DNA from: a virus
Virus record (IMG/VR): IMGVR_UViG_3300008459_000033
Location: 5,169 to 69,168 of that record
Length of the DNA stretch: 64,000 nt
Strand: one strand, 5' to 3'
Notes under the pieces: model-generated
What the model was told of the DNA's origin: nothing
Seen by the model: the letters and a program-made list of their open reading frames with translations, nothing else
The model's database searches: none
Translations under genes and position numbers: made by a program
In this document: positions 10,373-21,349 of the stretch, piece by piece
Position numbering within the stretch: the first letter of the stretch is position 1
Layout of the letters: every line of letters starts with the position of its first letter

Positions 10373-11034
10373 ACTAGTTTAAACTCCGTGGGCAACATAT
10401 TTTTTAAAACTTCAAATTCTAATCTCTCACAATCAAACATTATAACTCCATCAACGTAGTTAAATTTATCAATCTTACCTTGTTTAATAGTTCTATTCAT
10501 CCAAGGACTAATTAAATCGTCAAACTGGTATCTTGCTTCATCGAGGTCAGTGATAGTAGATACTATCTTAACCGATACTCTATCGTATAATTTGTTACGT
10601 GGCAATAATTTTCTAACAACTAATTGATATCTATCACGATTTCCAAAATTTGCAGCAGTATGTCTAACCCCAGCATCCATCTCGTACCATGTCCCATCAC
10701 ATATTGTAGGATACAGTGTATGTGAATCTAAGTCAATTAAAAAACTTTTACTACCTGTTAAGTTTAAATGATACCTATCATCGGTGTCGGCATGACTAAA
10801 ATAAGATTCATTGCCTTTTAAACGAATGACTCTTGCCTCACCAATTATCGGTGGCAGTGAATGTAGTATTTGTTCCCACGGTGTTCCTATAAACTCTTGT
10901 TTAATTGCCCAAGGACTGTAGAAAAAATCTCCAACGGGTTCATTTAACGATGTCTTGAAATCAAAAGTGTGTACTGATGCTAGTGCATTATTAATTAAAT
11001 CCAAATTTACTGTATATGGTGTTTTAACAATCAT
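10369..11034 (-). CDS. Asp/Asn beta-hydroxylase-like oxygenase
   Basis: SHADTDDRYH...MDAGVRHTAAN...R. Confidence 0.75.
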   Translation of the reverse strand: MIVKTPYTVNLDLINNALASVHTFDFKTSLNEPVGDFFYSPWAIKQEFIGTPWEQILHSLPPIIGEARVIRLKGNESYFSHADTDDRYHLNLTGSKSFLIDLDSHTLYPTICDGTWYEMDAGVRHTAANFGNRDRYQLVVRKLLPRNKLYDRVSVKIVSTITDLDEARYQFDDLISPWMNRTIKQGKIDKFNYVDGVIMFDCERLEFEVLKNMLPTEFKLV

Positions 11035-11073
11035 AACTCTATTTACATAATAATCTGCGCACTAAATATTTTC

Positions 11074-11739
11074 ATGAATATCATAGAACAGGCAACAGAG
11101 ATTTTACGGAAACCAATTGGCTGGCTTGAACTAGATATTAGTTTTGATTTATCTATATGGCAAGAAGAAGCCAAATTAGTCAAAGACTACTTTGTCGATC
11201 ATAGAGAAGACGGCGGCCACAAAGGTTGGCGGAGTTGTTGTATACACGGAATATCGGTTGATAAAACTGGCCATTGGCAAAAATATGCCAACGCTGAAAA
11301 TGAAATTAACTATCAGTGGACAAGCCTATCCGAGATTACTCCAACAATAACAAAATTTTGGAAAGGATTTCCTTGTGAAAAATTTGCAAGATTGCGTTTT
11401 ATGGAACTTGAACCCGGAGGCTTTGTAATGCCGCATTGCGATGCCCCCAATGGTATTAAAAATACCGAGTTTGATATGATGGACCATATAATCCCTATCA
11501 ATGTTGCTATCAGTCATCCTGAGGGCTGTTATATGGATATCGAAAATCACGGTAAGGTGCCTTGGAGTGAAGGCAAGGCATTTATAGTAAACATAACTAA
11601 CACACATGCTGTATATAATCCTACTCCATTATTTAGAACACACTTAATTGCTCATTGTATAATTGGAAATAAAAAAGAAGAGTTTGCTGAATTAGTTGTA
11701 AAAAGTTATAATAAACAATATGAACATAGTCGAGTATAA
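11074..11739 (+). CDS. Asp/Asn beta-hydroxylase-like oxygenase
   Basis: RLRFMELEPGGFVMPHCD...HAVYN...RTHLI. Confidence 0.85.
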   Translation: MNIIEQATEILRKPIGWLELDISFDLSIWQEEAKLVKDYFVDHREDGGHKGWRSCCIHGISVDKTGHWQKYANAENEINYQWTSLSEITPTITKFWKGFPCEKFARLRFMELEPGGFVMPHCDAPNGIKNTEFDMMDHIIPINVAISHPEGCYMDIENHGKVPWSEGKAFIVNITNTHAVYNPTPLFRTHLIAHCIIGNKKEEFAELVVKSYNKQYEHSRV

Positions 11740-12928
11740 GATTTCCAAAAGCCCAATAGCATTTTGTATGGTTGATGACTCTCACACATATCAAAGTTCT
11801 TGGACTACGGAACTTGTTAAAAATATAGCAGACTTAACTATCACTAACATTCATTCAAAGGGATACGATATACTTCAAGGTCAAGACGAAGATATTTTGT
11901 TGAACTATGCTGCCAATACCGGATATAGTTTTGCTGTTGTATTCTCTATTGGAACAGAATTTATCAACGGAAAAAAGTTCTTTGAAGAAATAGAAAAACT
12001 TAGTCATCATGACTTATTTTTAGCAGGGCATATATTAGATCGTAGCGATGCATACTATGAGTTGCATCATCAATGCTATTTTATTAATTTAAACAAATTT
12101 AAAGAATTAAGTTATCCAGAGATTGGTCAGCAGAAACTCGGTGCAATACATACTCAAGATGTTCCTTGGCGAAGTCGTGAAAACTGGCACGACGACTATA
12201 CTCCTAAGACAATCAGCGGTGGAGATCAGGTTAAGCAATATAATCATAAGTGCCACGGGTGGAACATTTTAAAAGTGGCGTTTGAAAACGATTTGCCTGT
12301 ATTAGTATTTGATAACGATATAAGAAATAATAAAAAACATTACTATCCAGAAAATCAAACAGAATTTTTAAAACATTCTCAATGGGCCTATATGCGGCAT
12401 AGCTATTGTGCTGATGAGTTTGTACATACAAGTAATACTGAGTATGGGATATTTGAAAACACAGATTTTGAACAAGTATTTGTTCCAGCTAGCGGATTGT
12501 GGTGGACTGAAATAATAAACAAAATAAAACCAGTTAAGGTAGTAATGTATGATTATAATCAAAAAGCATTAGACTATTGGAAAAATAATGTCCCAACAAT
12601 TAATAACGTATCCTACGAATTTGTTAAAATAGACCTGTTAACACAATCTTACAGTTTTGATCATTTTAATAAATCTTTATCGATTATGATTATTTTGTCA
12701 AACATATTTGCCTACGAAGGAACTGGATTTTTATATAGTTTAGAATATCGCCTTGAAAAAGAAAATGAAATATTAAAAACAATTAAAAATACATTTACAG
12801 ACTATTACGTCTCAACTTCTGCAAGAGCATCTACGGGTTTTGCTGATTTACAATTAGCAGGAAAGTTAGAACCAATCGATATAAAATATCTGCAAAAACC
12901 TACATGGCATTCGAGGGACTGGTTATGA
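11720..12928 (+). CDS. Hypothetical protein (possible transferase domains)
   Basis: 402-aa ORF; C-terminal half has a Rossmann-like VVMYDYN..AL pattern. Confidence 0.65.
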   Translation: MNIVEYKISKSPIAFCMVDDSHTYQSSWTTELVKNIADLTITNIHSKGYDILQGQDEDILLNYAANTGYSFAVVFSIGTEFINGKKFFEEIEKLSHHDLFLAGHILDRSDAYYELHHQCYFINLNKFKELSYPEIGQQKLGAIHTQDVPWRSRENWHDDYTPKTISGGDQVKQYNHKCHGWNILKVAFENDLPVLVFDNDIRNNKKHYYPENQTEFLKHSQWAYMRHSYCADEFVHTSNTEYGIFENTDFEQVFVPASGLWWTEIINKIKPVKVVMYDYNQKALDYWKNNVPTINNVSYEFVKIDLLTQSYSFDHFNKSLSIMIILSNIFAYEGTGFLYSLEYRLEKENEILKTIKNTFTDYYVSTSARASTGFADLQLAGKLEPIDIKYLQKPTWHSRDWL

Positions 12929-13644
12929 TCGAGGCAGTTAATATTCCCTTTGACTCAAGTTGGAAAAATGTTGCTATCAGTCTAAGCGGCGGTGCGGACT
13001 CGGCGCTGTTAGCATATCTTATTTGCGAGCTTGCTAAAGACCAAGATGTCACTGTGCATATAATTACTCATGTGCGTATGTGGAAAACTCGCCCCTGGCA
13101 ACAACATGATGCCGGCAGTGTATATAAATGGTTATTCCAAAGATTTTATCATACTAAATTTAAAAGACATATTAATTTTATTGCACCGGATATCGAATAC
13201 GGTAACATCGGTCCTAGCTTAACTGACGAGTACGGCAAACAAGTAAGCGGAGACAATATACAGCAACGTGCTTATGCAGAGTTTGTATGTTATAACAATA
13301 ATGTAGATGCATACTATAACGCAGTTACACATAATCCTAGACTAGCATCGTTTAGCGGTATGCAAGAACGCAACATCGAACGCAACGAAGAAACAAAACA
13401 CTTGGAATACATGATACACATGGATAAAGTTGTTAGTCATCCGTTTAGATTTGTCGATAAGGCATGGGTAGTTAACAAATATAAAGAGTTAGGTATTATG
13501 GATTTGTTTAATATTACAAGAAGTTGCGAAGGCGAGTTTGAAAACATCAACTATAAAACATATACTCCAGGACAAGATGTTCCAATTTGTGGACATTGTT
13601 TCTGGTGCAAAGAAAGAGAGTGGGCAATTGAACAATCAAAGTAA
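12925..13644 (+). CDS. QueC-like PP-loop ATPase
   Basis: SLSGGADS PP-loop; TRSC and CGHCFWC..R zinc motif; start set at the ATGA overlap. Confidence 0.75.
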   Translation: MIEAVNIPFDSSWKNVAISLSGGADSALLAYLICELAKDQDVTVHIITHVRMWKTRPWQQHDAGSVYKWLFQRFYHTKFKRHINFIAPDIEYGNIGPSLTDEYGKQVSGDNIQQRAYAEFVCYNNNVDAYYNAVTHNPRLASFSGMQERNIERNEETKHLEYMIHMDKVVSHPFRFVDKAWVVNKYKELGIMDLFNITRSCEGEFENINYKTYTPGQDVPICGHCFWCKEREWAIEQSK

Positions 13645-14890
13645 AACATTTTGTATGCATCCTTTTACAGGATTAGCAACACGCGAAGACGGAGCAGTTA
13701 AAGTCTGCTGTCGTAGTGCAGCCGTTGGCAACATACAATGCCAAAGTTTAGAAGAAATTTGGAACAATAATACAATGCGCAGAATTCGCAAGCAGGTACT
13801 TGCGGGCGAGCGTCCTCTTGAATGTGCTCCATGCTTTAATCTAGAGGATCAGGGTGTAGAAAGTCTAAGACAACGGCACATCACTGGAAACATTCCAGAG
13901 GCACGTATTAACTTATATCCTAATGCACTAGATAATCTAGCAGAAGATTATACCATGCCGTTTGAGATTCCTACTATGGAAATTAAACTTAATAATCTTT
14001 GCAATTTAAAATGCCGCATGTGTAATCCAACTGACAGCACTAGCTGGAACGATTGGGAAGAAGTAGAGGAATTCTATACAAAAGAAAATAACTTTGTTGT
14101 GCAGTCAATTAAAGATCTTAATTTACTAAAAAAGCCGTATCTAGACAAATTTGACGATACAGATAACTGGTGGACAAGTTTCGAAAAACTGTTACCATAC
14201 TTTAGACGTGTGGAGTTTGCAGGTGGAGAGCCATTAATGGATCCACAGCATTATCGTATATTAGATATGCTTGTACCCTATGGTAATAACATAGAAATTA
14301 AATACGCAACTAATTTAACTACCTTGGGAAAAAGCAATCGCACTATCTGGGAGTATTGGCCTAAGTTTAAATCTGTAGCTGTTAACGTAAGCATTGATGG
14401 TATCGGTGATAGCTATGAATACGTCCGTGGTAATGCCTCTTGGGCCGAGCTCGTAAATAATATTAGACAAATACAAACCATTCCAAATGTTAGTCGAATT
14501 GTAGGAGCAGTTGCTATTCAAGTTAGTAATGCACTTGTATTAGATAAAATGATCAAATATTTTTTAGATGATATAGGAATAGTGTTTTATACAAACATGG
14601 TACAATATCCCAATGCATTATCTATACAGGTTTTACCTAACGACTTAAAAATACTCACCATTAACAAACTAAGAGCTGTTAGAGAATTAGTTCCCAGTTT
14701 TAAATTAGTGAAAAAACATCCAATGTTAGAGGATCTAACGTATAAGCAAATTGACGGCATAATTAATTTTATACTAGCCAAAGATAACAGCTATCTCTGG
14801 AATGACTGTATAGAATTTAATCGTAGATTAGATATAACACGTGGTCAGAGTTTCTTTGATGTGACTCCGGAATTTAAAAATTATGCATAA
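13628..14890 (+). CDS. Radical SAM protein with N-terminal SPASM/twitch domain
   Basis: FCMHPF..DG.VKVCC...C..C; CNLKCRMC; GGEP; likely TTG start. Confidence 0.9.
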   Translation: MNNQSKTFCMHPFTGLATREDGAVKVCCRSAAVGNIQCQSLEEIWNNNTMRRIRKQVLAGERPLECAPCFNLEDQGVESLRQRHITGNIPEARINLYPNALDNLAEDYTMPFEIPTMEIKLNNLCNLKCRMCNPTDSTSWNDWEEVEEFYTKENNFVVQSIKDLNLLKKPYLDKFDDTDNWWTSFEKLLPYFRRVEFAGGEPLMDPQHYRILDMLVPYGNNIEIKYATNLTTLGKSNRTIWEYWPKFKSVAVNVSIDGIGDSYEYVRGNASWAELVNNIRQIQTIPNVSRIVGAVAIQVSNALVLDKMIKYFLDDIGIVFYTNMVQYPNALSIQVLPNDLKILTINKLRAVRELVPSFKLVKKHPMLEDLTYKQIDGIINFILAKDNSYLWNDCIEFNRRLDITRGQSFFDVTPEFKNYA

Positions 14891-15776
14891 AATTACCAGT
14901 GCATGGCCTCATCAGGATCAAATCAAAGTAGAGTGGAATCTTGGTAAGCGATGCAACTACGATTGTACATATTGTCCTAGTAGCATACATGATAACTTTA
15001 GTCCGCATACCGATATAAATGTAATAGAAAAAGCAGTAGATCAACTAGTGGCATTAGATAAGCCCATACGCATAAGTCTTACCGGCGGCGAGCCTGCTGT
15101 ACATCCGGATATTGAAGACATACTAGAATACTTTAAACGCAAGGGCATATTTTGGGTCAACTTAACCACAAATGGCACAAGACCGAGTAGATGGTACTTA
15201 CAGCACGAGATGTTTTTTAATCACCTAGTTTTTAGTCTACACTTCGAACACGACTGGCGTAGAGTACTTACTACAATATTAGAATATTATGACGGAACTC
15301 AAACTGACTTTTTTGTCAATGTAATGGCCCATCACGAATACATGGAAGATGTTAAATTTGTTGTTAAGAAATTTAAAGAAATAGGTATTAAGTTTGCAGT
15401 AAGACGTATACGTTGGACAGAAGGCGATCATAATGTATTTGATGACATGAGATATGACGGCAAAGATCTGGAGTGGTTATTACAACAAGACGCAACAGTA
15501 AAACCAAACTGTAGTATTGATGATAATCGAACATTGCATGCCAACGATATTATTAAAACACATATGAATCAATTTAAGGGCTGGCAATGTAATGCAGGAT
15601 TAGAAAGCCTTATGATCAACTGGGATGGGGAAGTTCATCGTGCCACTTGCCGTGTGGGCGGCAGTCTAGGTAACATATATCAGGATACGTTTATTGTACC
15701 TAAGGATCCAGTTATTTGTACACGAGATTGGTGTACGTGTGCTGCAGATATTCCGTTAACTAAAATTAGCTCGTGA
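14883..15776 (+). CDS. Radical SAM protein with C-terminal twitch-like cysteines
   Basis: CNYDCTYC, GGEP, TNG, CNAG...C...CTRDWCTC. Confidence 0.9.
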   Translation: MHKITSAWPHQDQIKVEWNLGKRCNYDCTYCPSSIHDNFSPHTDINVIEKAVDQLVALDKPIRISLTGGEPAVHPDIEDILEYFKRKGIFWVNLTTNGTRPSRWYLQHEMFFNHLVFSLHFEHDWRRVLTTILEYYDGTQTDFFVNVMAHHEYMEDVKFVVKKFKEIGIKFAVRRIRWTEGDHNVFDDMRYDGKDLEWLLQQDATVKPNCSIDDNRTLHANDIIKTHMNQFKGWQCNAGLESLMINWDGEVHRATCRVGGSLGNIYQDTFIVPKDPVICTRDWCTCAADIPLTKISS

Positions 15777-16358
15777 TATAATATAATCAGCACACATCTT
15801 AGTAGCTATAGGTCCAGGGTGCATTCCGTCGTTGGCATAATCGGTATCAGTTGCATGTCCTAACAATTGATCGCAGTTTAAGATAGTCTGCGTTGGCCTA
15901 AAAAATGTTGCTTCATAATACGGAATTTCTTTCCACAACGCTTTACTCGACTGCTGTATCATTAGAGCATGGACCTCCGCATTGCTATTATCTCTTGTCC
16001 ATAAATCACCAAAGTTATTCTTTTCTATATCCCATGGGCCATAATTTACTACCTGATCAGATTTAAAATAAGGAATCCTAGAATATTCTGTCCAAATATT
16101 AATCACTGCTTTAGGCTGAGATATATTTTTCAACACCATTTGATTGTATAGAGAAAAATACATAGAAGATCCAATAACTCCCATGTTGACCACCGGAACA
16201 TTTAGTTGTTTGTTTATATGATAAGGAATCGTATCTTCTAATTCCAACCCTGCCCCGTATACCATAGAACATCCAAAAATAACAATAGATTCTTTCCAAT
16301 CTGTATTTTCAAGATCAGTTCTATAATTATAAGGTAAAAAGTTTTTTAAATTATACAT
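15756..16358 (-). CDS. SGNH hydrolase-like protein
   Basis: FGCSMVYG, NMG..GSS, DGMHPG. Confidence 0.75.
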   Translation of the reverse strand: MYNLKNFLPYNYRTDLENTDWKESIVIFGCSMVYGAGLELEDTIPYHINKQLNVPVVNMGVIGSSMYFSLYNQMVLKNISQPKAVINIWTEYSRIPYFKSDQVVNYGPWDIEKNNFGDLWTRDNSNAEVHALMIQQSSKALWKEIPYYEATFFRPTQTILNCDQLLGHATDTDYANDGMHPGPIATKMCADYIISRANFS

Positions 16359-17281
16359 TTAGTTATATGTGTATCGGGTTGGCAGGTACAATCGGCATTG
16401 GAGCAAACAACAGGTTTGACACTATTTAGTTTAACTCCACAAGAACTTTTAATTATTCCGTCGTGTGTTATTACTATTGATTCGGCTCCAACCATACACT
16501 GCCATCCTAGAAATTTATTCCAGTCATTTAAAATAATAGTATGTGGCCTTGCTGCTTCGGCAGTGTTGTTGTCAAATAATACAACACTTTGATGTAATTT
16601 AATATCATCAATTTGCTTTAATAATTTATCGCTTGACGGAATTCTTTTAATACTGTCGTCTATATATTTTTTTTGTTCTTCGGAGTATACATCCATTCCG
16701 TGACCCGGCGCATCAACAATTTCCTTGGTTTGTATATACCAAGGATGTTTACTAGAAAGCATTGTGTTGACAGAGGTCACACACCTGTCCCAATTTTTAA
16801 AATCCATTAGTACAAGAGTTGTTACCTTAAGTTCTTTCTCGTAAAGAAAATCAGCAATATCACAATGATGCTGTATATTAGCATATTCATGATGAAAACT
16901 TAAAGTAACGTCATCAAAATAATGATAATTATTTGTCCACCATTCTAGAGTTCTGGATCCATTAGAAACAAGGGTAATAAAAACATCATGACTTTCTTTT
17001 AATCCTTTGCAAAAATCTTCTAATCGCGGCCATAGTGTGGGCTCGCCACCTCCGGAAATAATTAGATGAAATTTTGTTTTTCCTAGTTGCTTATACTGAT
17101 CAAAGATATTTCTAAAATTAGCCAACGTTGATACAAGGTCTTTGGGATATCTAAAATTTCCATCATGAGAACCTGGAAAGCAATAAGAGCAATTAAAATT
17201 ACAAATATCAGTGGGCCAGAATCTTACCTGTAACAAATCTTGTTCTTGAGTAGAGACAATTCTAATAGGAAACTTTTTCAT
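16346..17281 (-). CDS. Radical SAM protein
   Basis: CNFNCSYC, GGEPT, C-terminal Cys cluster; paralog of 14883. Confidence 0.9.
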   Translation of the reverse strand: MKKFPIRIVSTQEQDLLQVRFWPTDICNFNCSYCFPGSHDGNFRYPKDLVSTLANFRNIFDQYKQLGKTKFHLIISGGGEPTLWPRLEDFCKGLKESHDVFITLVSNGSRTLEWWTNNYHYFDDVTLSFHHEYANIQHHCDIADFLYEKELKVTTLVLMDFKNWDRCVTSVNTMLSSKHPWYIQTKEIVDAPGHGMDVYSEEQKKYIDDSIKRIPSSDKLLKQIDDIKLHQSVVLFDNNTAEAARPHTIILNDWNKFLGWQCMVGAESIVITHDGIIKSSCGVKLNSVKPVVCSNADCTCQPDTHITKCII

Positions 17282-18576
17282 AATGTTAACTCTGGAAAAG
17301 TTTCTTTAAAATTTGAACCTCTTGTATCATCGCAGACATTGAGATAATCTAATAGTGTAGGAATTTTATTAGACCAATCTTCTGCCATCATATAATGGAC
17401 AAGTCCTTGCCAGCGTTTTAACCCATAGGGGTTAGACATAAATTCGTTGTTGTTAATTTTTTGAGAACAAAAATAATCAACTTGTTTTACTACCTTATCC
17501 TTTAAATGTTTTGGAAGTACTCTTACATTTAAATAACTTGGCAAATATACTAAGTGCGTTCCTATTAATCCAGCACCGTACGGTGGGAGGTTAATCTTTT
17601 TAAAATTTCTACTTTCCTTCCAGTGTACTAAGTCGGGTATAGTTAACACATTTAAAATTTGTACAGCACAGGCAATGTTCACAGTGATGTTATTAGGAGT
17701 ATCATCTAGCCTTTCTAAATTAGCAACTACATTACTCCATTTACTTGGATACCTAATATAATCATTGCGTTCCCCAACAGCGTCTACACTAAAATTAAAT
17801 TTAACTTCTTTAAAATGATTCCACAGTTCGAAGAGCTTTTCTGGAAGCTCAAGACCGTTAGAATTATAACGCAAGACGCATAACTTAGCAGCACCGGTTT
17901 CGATCATGAACTCTAATATCTTGTAATGTTCAGGTATTAACAATGGTTCGCCACCAGCAAAATAAAGTTCACGAATGTTATATGCGTTTGAACGCATATC
18001 TTCTAAGAATGTGCTTTTCTGATACCATGTATAATCAAAGTTACTATCCCATCTTTGATCTGTTTTTAATTCAACAGTTTTATATTTCGGATACTGCAAT
18101 TTCCATTCTTTAATCCAACTACTGCTATCGTGTGGGCTACACATGACACATTTAAGTTGACACATATTTCCCAATCGTAAATCAAAGTATGGAATATTAA
18201 CAGGTAAACTACCATCAACAGTAGTACTATCGACAATAGATTTGATATCCAGTCGTTCTTTCCACACAACTGTTTCCCATTGACGTTTACTTACTATACC
18301 GCTTGATTCTTCTTCAAAGCATTTAGTACAACTATTAGGAGTTTCGTTGTTCAACATCTGCAGTCTAGTAGACTTCATGTAGTCACTATTCCATACTTCT
18401 GTCAATGTGCTGGTCTGTAGATTCATAGTAACACCATTATTAGTCACTAGTCCTACTTCTTTGCTATCGTTTTCACCAGCACCACTAGCATTGGCCGTAC
18501 AACACACTCTAACATCACCGTTGGGGCGTGTGGCTAAGTGTATCCAGGGCAGTGGACAAAATGTTTTACTAATCAT
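17278..18576 (-). CDS. Radical SAM protein with N-terminal SPASM/twitch domain
   Basis: FCPLPW..NGDVRVCC; CQLKCVMC; GGEP; paralog of 13628. Confidence 0.9.
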   Translation of the reverse strand: MISKTFCPLPWIHLATRPNGDVRVCCTANASGAGENDSKEVGLVTNNGVTMNLQTSTLTEVWNSDYMKSTRLQMLNNETPNSCTKCFEEESSGIVSKRQWETVVWKERLDIKSIVDSTTVDGSLPVNIPYFDLRLGNMCQLKCVMCSPHDSSSWIKEWKLQYPKYKTVELKTDQRWDSNFDYTWYQKSTFLEDMRSNAYNIRELYFAGGEPLLIPEHYKILEFMIETGAAKLCVLRYNSNGLELPEKLFELWNHFKEVKFNFSVDAVGERNDYIRYPSKWSNVVANLERLDDTPNNITVNIACAVQILNVLTIPDLVHWKESRNFKKINLPPYGAGLIGTHLVYLPSYLNVRVLPKHLKDKVVKQVDYFCSQKINNNEFMSNPYGLKRWQGLVHYMMAEDWSNKIPTLLDYLNVCDDTRGSNFKETFPELTL

Positions 18577-19664
18577 TCAGCTAATTTTATAACGTTAATA
18601 AATTGATCTCTAGGCTTACTGATCTCAGTTTCTTTAAACTTACCGCAGAATCTAGCACAGGTCATTAGCTTATGTTCTTCCCAAGAATTGTACCACACTG
18701 ATTGATATTCTTTACTTTCTACGATTTCTTTTATAGTTTTATTAACAGTGTTAAGATTAACTGCACCGCCAAGGTCTTCTACCAATTGATGATATTCCTC
18801 TAACATTTTATGTCTAACAGGAGCAGCATAATCATCTGGCTCTATATGATTGTACGGAATTGTTGCCAACCAACAGCATGGCATTAGATTTTTATATGAG
18901 TCAATAAACACTTCTTTTACGCTGTCTGCGTAACAATGTATTTCGGATTCTTTTGTTAATTTTTCTGCATTATCAATGACTGCTTTACTGATAAATTTCA
19001 TCTCAGTGTCAGTGGATGGTTCTAGGTAATGTGTTGTTAACCCCTTAGTGTCAACAACTTTATACTTAGGAACATCTATAAATCTTGAACTATTCTTAAT
19101 TGTAAATTCTTGAAAGCCCAAGGCATTTGCCATACGCTGTGCTTCTTCAACTTGATGCTCGTTGTGTTTAAATTTAATAAAAGTCCAATTTGCTCTTCCA
19201 CCTGCTGCAATAAATGCCTTGGCATTTTCAATTATCTTTTCAAAACTTGTACCTATTCTATATAGACTATGAGTATCTGTCAGCCCATCCAATGCAAACA
19301 CAACAATGTGGTTATCAGGTAATGCTGTTGCAAGAGAAGACCACCAATCTGTGTTTCGTGCACCGCCGTTGGTATGAACAGAAACTTTGAGATGTGGTGC
19401 GTTTTGAGTTGTGTACCTGCACATCTCTATGAAATCATTGTTTAATATGGGATCTCCAAAATTACCACAATAATAATACTCACTAATTTGATCAAGAATT
19501 TCCTGATTCATTATTGTTTTAAATTCTTTAAGACTCCAATTTTGAATTTTAATTAAAGGATTTACTAAACCGCCGTGAACATTTCGAACACACATAGGGC
19601 AACTTGCCTGACAGTTATTTGATATTTCTAGATGTACAGATCTGAGTTCTGAAAATTTAAACAC
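18573..19664 (-). CDS. Radical SAM/SPASM protein
   Basis: CQASCPMC, TNGG, PCCW, C..FC. Confidence 0.9.
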   Translation of the reverse strand: MFKFSELRSVHLEISNNCQASCPMCVRNVHGGLVNPLIKIQNWSLKEFKTIMNQEILDQISEYYYCGNFGDPILNNDFIEMCRYTTQNAPHLKVSVHTNGGARNTDWWSSLATALPDNHIVVFALDGLTDTHSLYRIGTSFEKIIENAKAFIAAGGRANWTFIKFKHNEHQVEEAQRMANALGFQEFTIKNSSRFIDVPKYKVVDTKGLTTHYLEPSTDTEMKFISKAVIDNAEKLTKESEIHCYADSVKEVFIDSYKNLMPCCWLATIPYNHIEPDDYAAPVRHKMLEEYHQLVEDLGGAVNLNTVNKTIKEIVESKEYQSVWYNSWEEHKLMTCARFCGKFKETEISKPRDQFINVIKLAE

Positions 19665-19726
19665 TATTATTTGCTCGAGTTGAATTTGCTATTATTTTAA
19701 ATACTTATAGTGAAATTTTTAGACAA

Positions 19727-20800
19727 TCATCGAAGCTGAGTATATGATTCCACAAACTCTTCCATCTGTTTAGGCATTGGTGTATTCTTTCCGCAGGCAT
19801 CTACACATTTAATTAACCCACTTTCTTTCCAAGCATCATCGAAAGAATTTTTCCAAGCTTGAGAATTGAGAATTTCTTCTAGGCTCGATGTCAACGCATT
19901 AATGTCGCCTATCTTATCTACAATCACATTCAATTGATCTAACATTCTACTATGGATACCCGAAGTGTATTCTGGATCATACACTATTGGTAAGTAGCCC
20001 AACCAACAGCAGGGATAAACATTTTTATGAGCATCGATGTAAATTTCTTTGTGGTTATCTGCAAAGCATTGAATTCCAGTAGATTCAGTTACAATTTTGT
20101 CAATGGTATCTACCATTTGTTTAGTATAGAATTTTACCGGTGTAACTGTTGGTGGAGAGATCGAATAAAGAATATTTCCAGATGCATCCATTACCGGTTT
20201 ATCTTTACTATCAAAAAATCTTGAACTATGTTTTACTTCAAAATTACAAAATCCCAATTCTTTAGAAAGAGCCCTAGCTGTTTCTAACTGATGCTCGTTA
20301 TGTTTAAAAACTAAAAAACTCCACTGGGCCTTGCCACCTGCATTAATAAAGGCCTTGGCATTTTCTATGGCTTTTTCAAATCTTACGCCTACTCGATGAA
20401 TATGATTAGTATCTTCTAACCCGTCAATTCCAAAAATAAGAATGTGCTTTTCGGGGAGGCATTCAACTAAGTCTTCCCACCAGCTAGCATTCCGCATTCC
20501 GCCGTTGGTATGAATTTTTATTTTTGTCGACGGATTGACTTTTTTAACATACTTGCACATTTCCGGAAGATCGTTGTTCATTGGCGCATCACCGGAGTTT
20601 CCTAGAAAATTTAAAACTGTGAGTTGAGACAACACTTCTGGATTTATAATTTTTTGAAATTCTTCTAAAGACCAATTTTCTATTTTAATCAACGGATTTG
20701 TTATTCCGCTGTTATAGTTACGCAAACACCAAGGGCAACTTGCCTGACAGTTATTTGATATTTCGAGGTGTATCTGTCGTAATTGAGAAAAATTAAACAT
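19727..20800 (-). CDS. Radical SAM/SPASM protein (tandem paralog of 18573)
   Basis: CQASCPWC, TNGG, PCCW; N-terminus near-identical to the neighbour. Confidence 0.9.
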   Translation of the reverse strand: MFNFSQLRQIHLEISNNCQASCPWCLRNYNSGITNPLIKIENWSLEEFQKIINPEVLSQLTVLNFLGNSGDAPMNNDLPEMCKYVKKVNPSTKIKIHTNGGMRNASWWEDLVECLPEKHILIFGIDGLEDTNHIHRVGVRFEKAIENAKAFINAGGKAQWSFLVFKHNEHQLETARALSKELGFCNFEVKHSSRFFDSKDKPVMDASGNILYSISPPTVTPVKFYTKQMVDTIDKIVTESTGIQCFADNHKEIYIDAHKNVYPCCWLGYLPIVYDPEYTSGIHSRMLDQLNVIVDKIGDINALTSSLEEILNSQAWKNSFDDAWKESGLIKCVDACGKNTPMPKQMEEFVESYTQLR

Positions 20801-20815
20801 GTGGTTGTTAAATAT

Positions 20816-21349
20816 ATGGCTTTAATTGATGAGGTATTTATAGTGAATTTTTTAGGCAATTTTAAAAACTGGTTAGACCCATTGTGGTTAAAACAAGTCC
20901 TAAATTCTAGAGGGGCAGGAAGGCCTAAAGAAGGTCAAACACCAAATTCAAAAAGAATGGAAGAAGAGTACGCCAGAGCTAGAGAGGCTGGATACAGTGA
21001 AGATGCTATATATTTTTGGATGTTTGACAAAGACAACGTTAACTTCGATATTCCGCAACCGCCTTTTATCGATGGAAAATTCCATTGGTGGATTACCAAA
21101 ATGATGCCGGGCAACTTCATGCCCATGCATGTTGATCCACATACAACTTATCAAAAAAATAGTCAACGTTATTGGATTCCGTTGCAGGATTGGGAACCTG
21201 GCCATATTTTTATATATGAAAATAGTATGATGGCAGATTATAAAGCAGGCGATATTTGGATGTATACTGATTCAGCAGCATTGCATGGTGCTGCAAATAT
21301 TGGGTTTACTCCTAGGGTAGTATTGCAGATAAGTACTTATGATGAATAA
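20816..21349 (+). CDS. 2OG-Fe(II) oxygenase-like protein
   Basis: PGNFMPMHVD...LHGAAN...R; start uncertain (20816 ATG or 20843 GTG). Confidence 0.75.
   Translation: MALIDEVFIVNFLGNFKNWLDPLWLKQVLNSRGAGRPKEGQTPNSKRMEEEYARAREAGYSEDAIYFWMFDKDNVNFDIPQPPFIDGKFHWWITKMMPGNFMPMHVDPHTTYQKNSQRYWIPLQDWEPGHIFIYENSMMADYKAGDIWMYTDSAALHGAANIGFTPRVVLQISTYDE

Noticed and set aside
12925-15776. Canonical queC-queE operon
   Set aside because: The neighbouring radical SAMs have SPASM/twitch architecture, not QueE, and the ATPase is only QueC-like, so no symbol was assigned.
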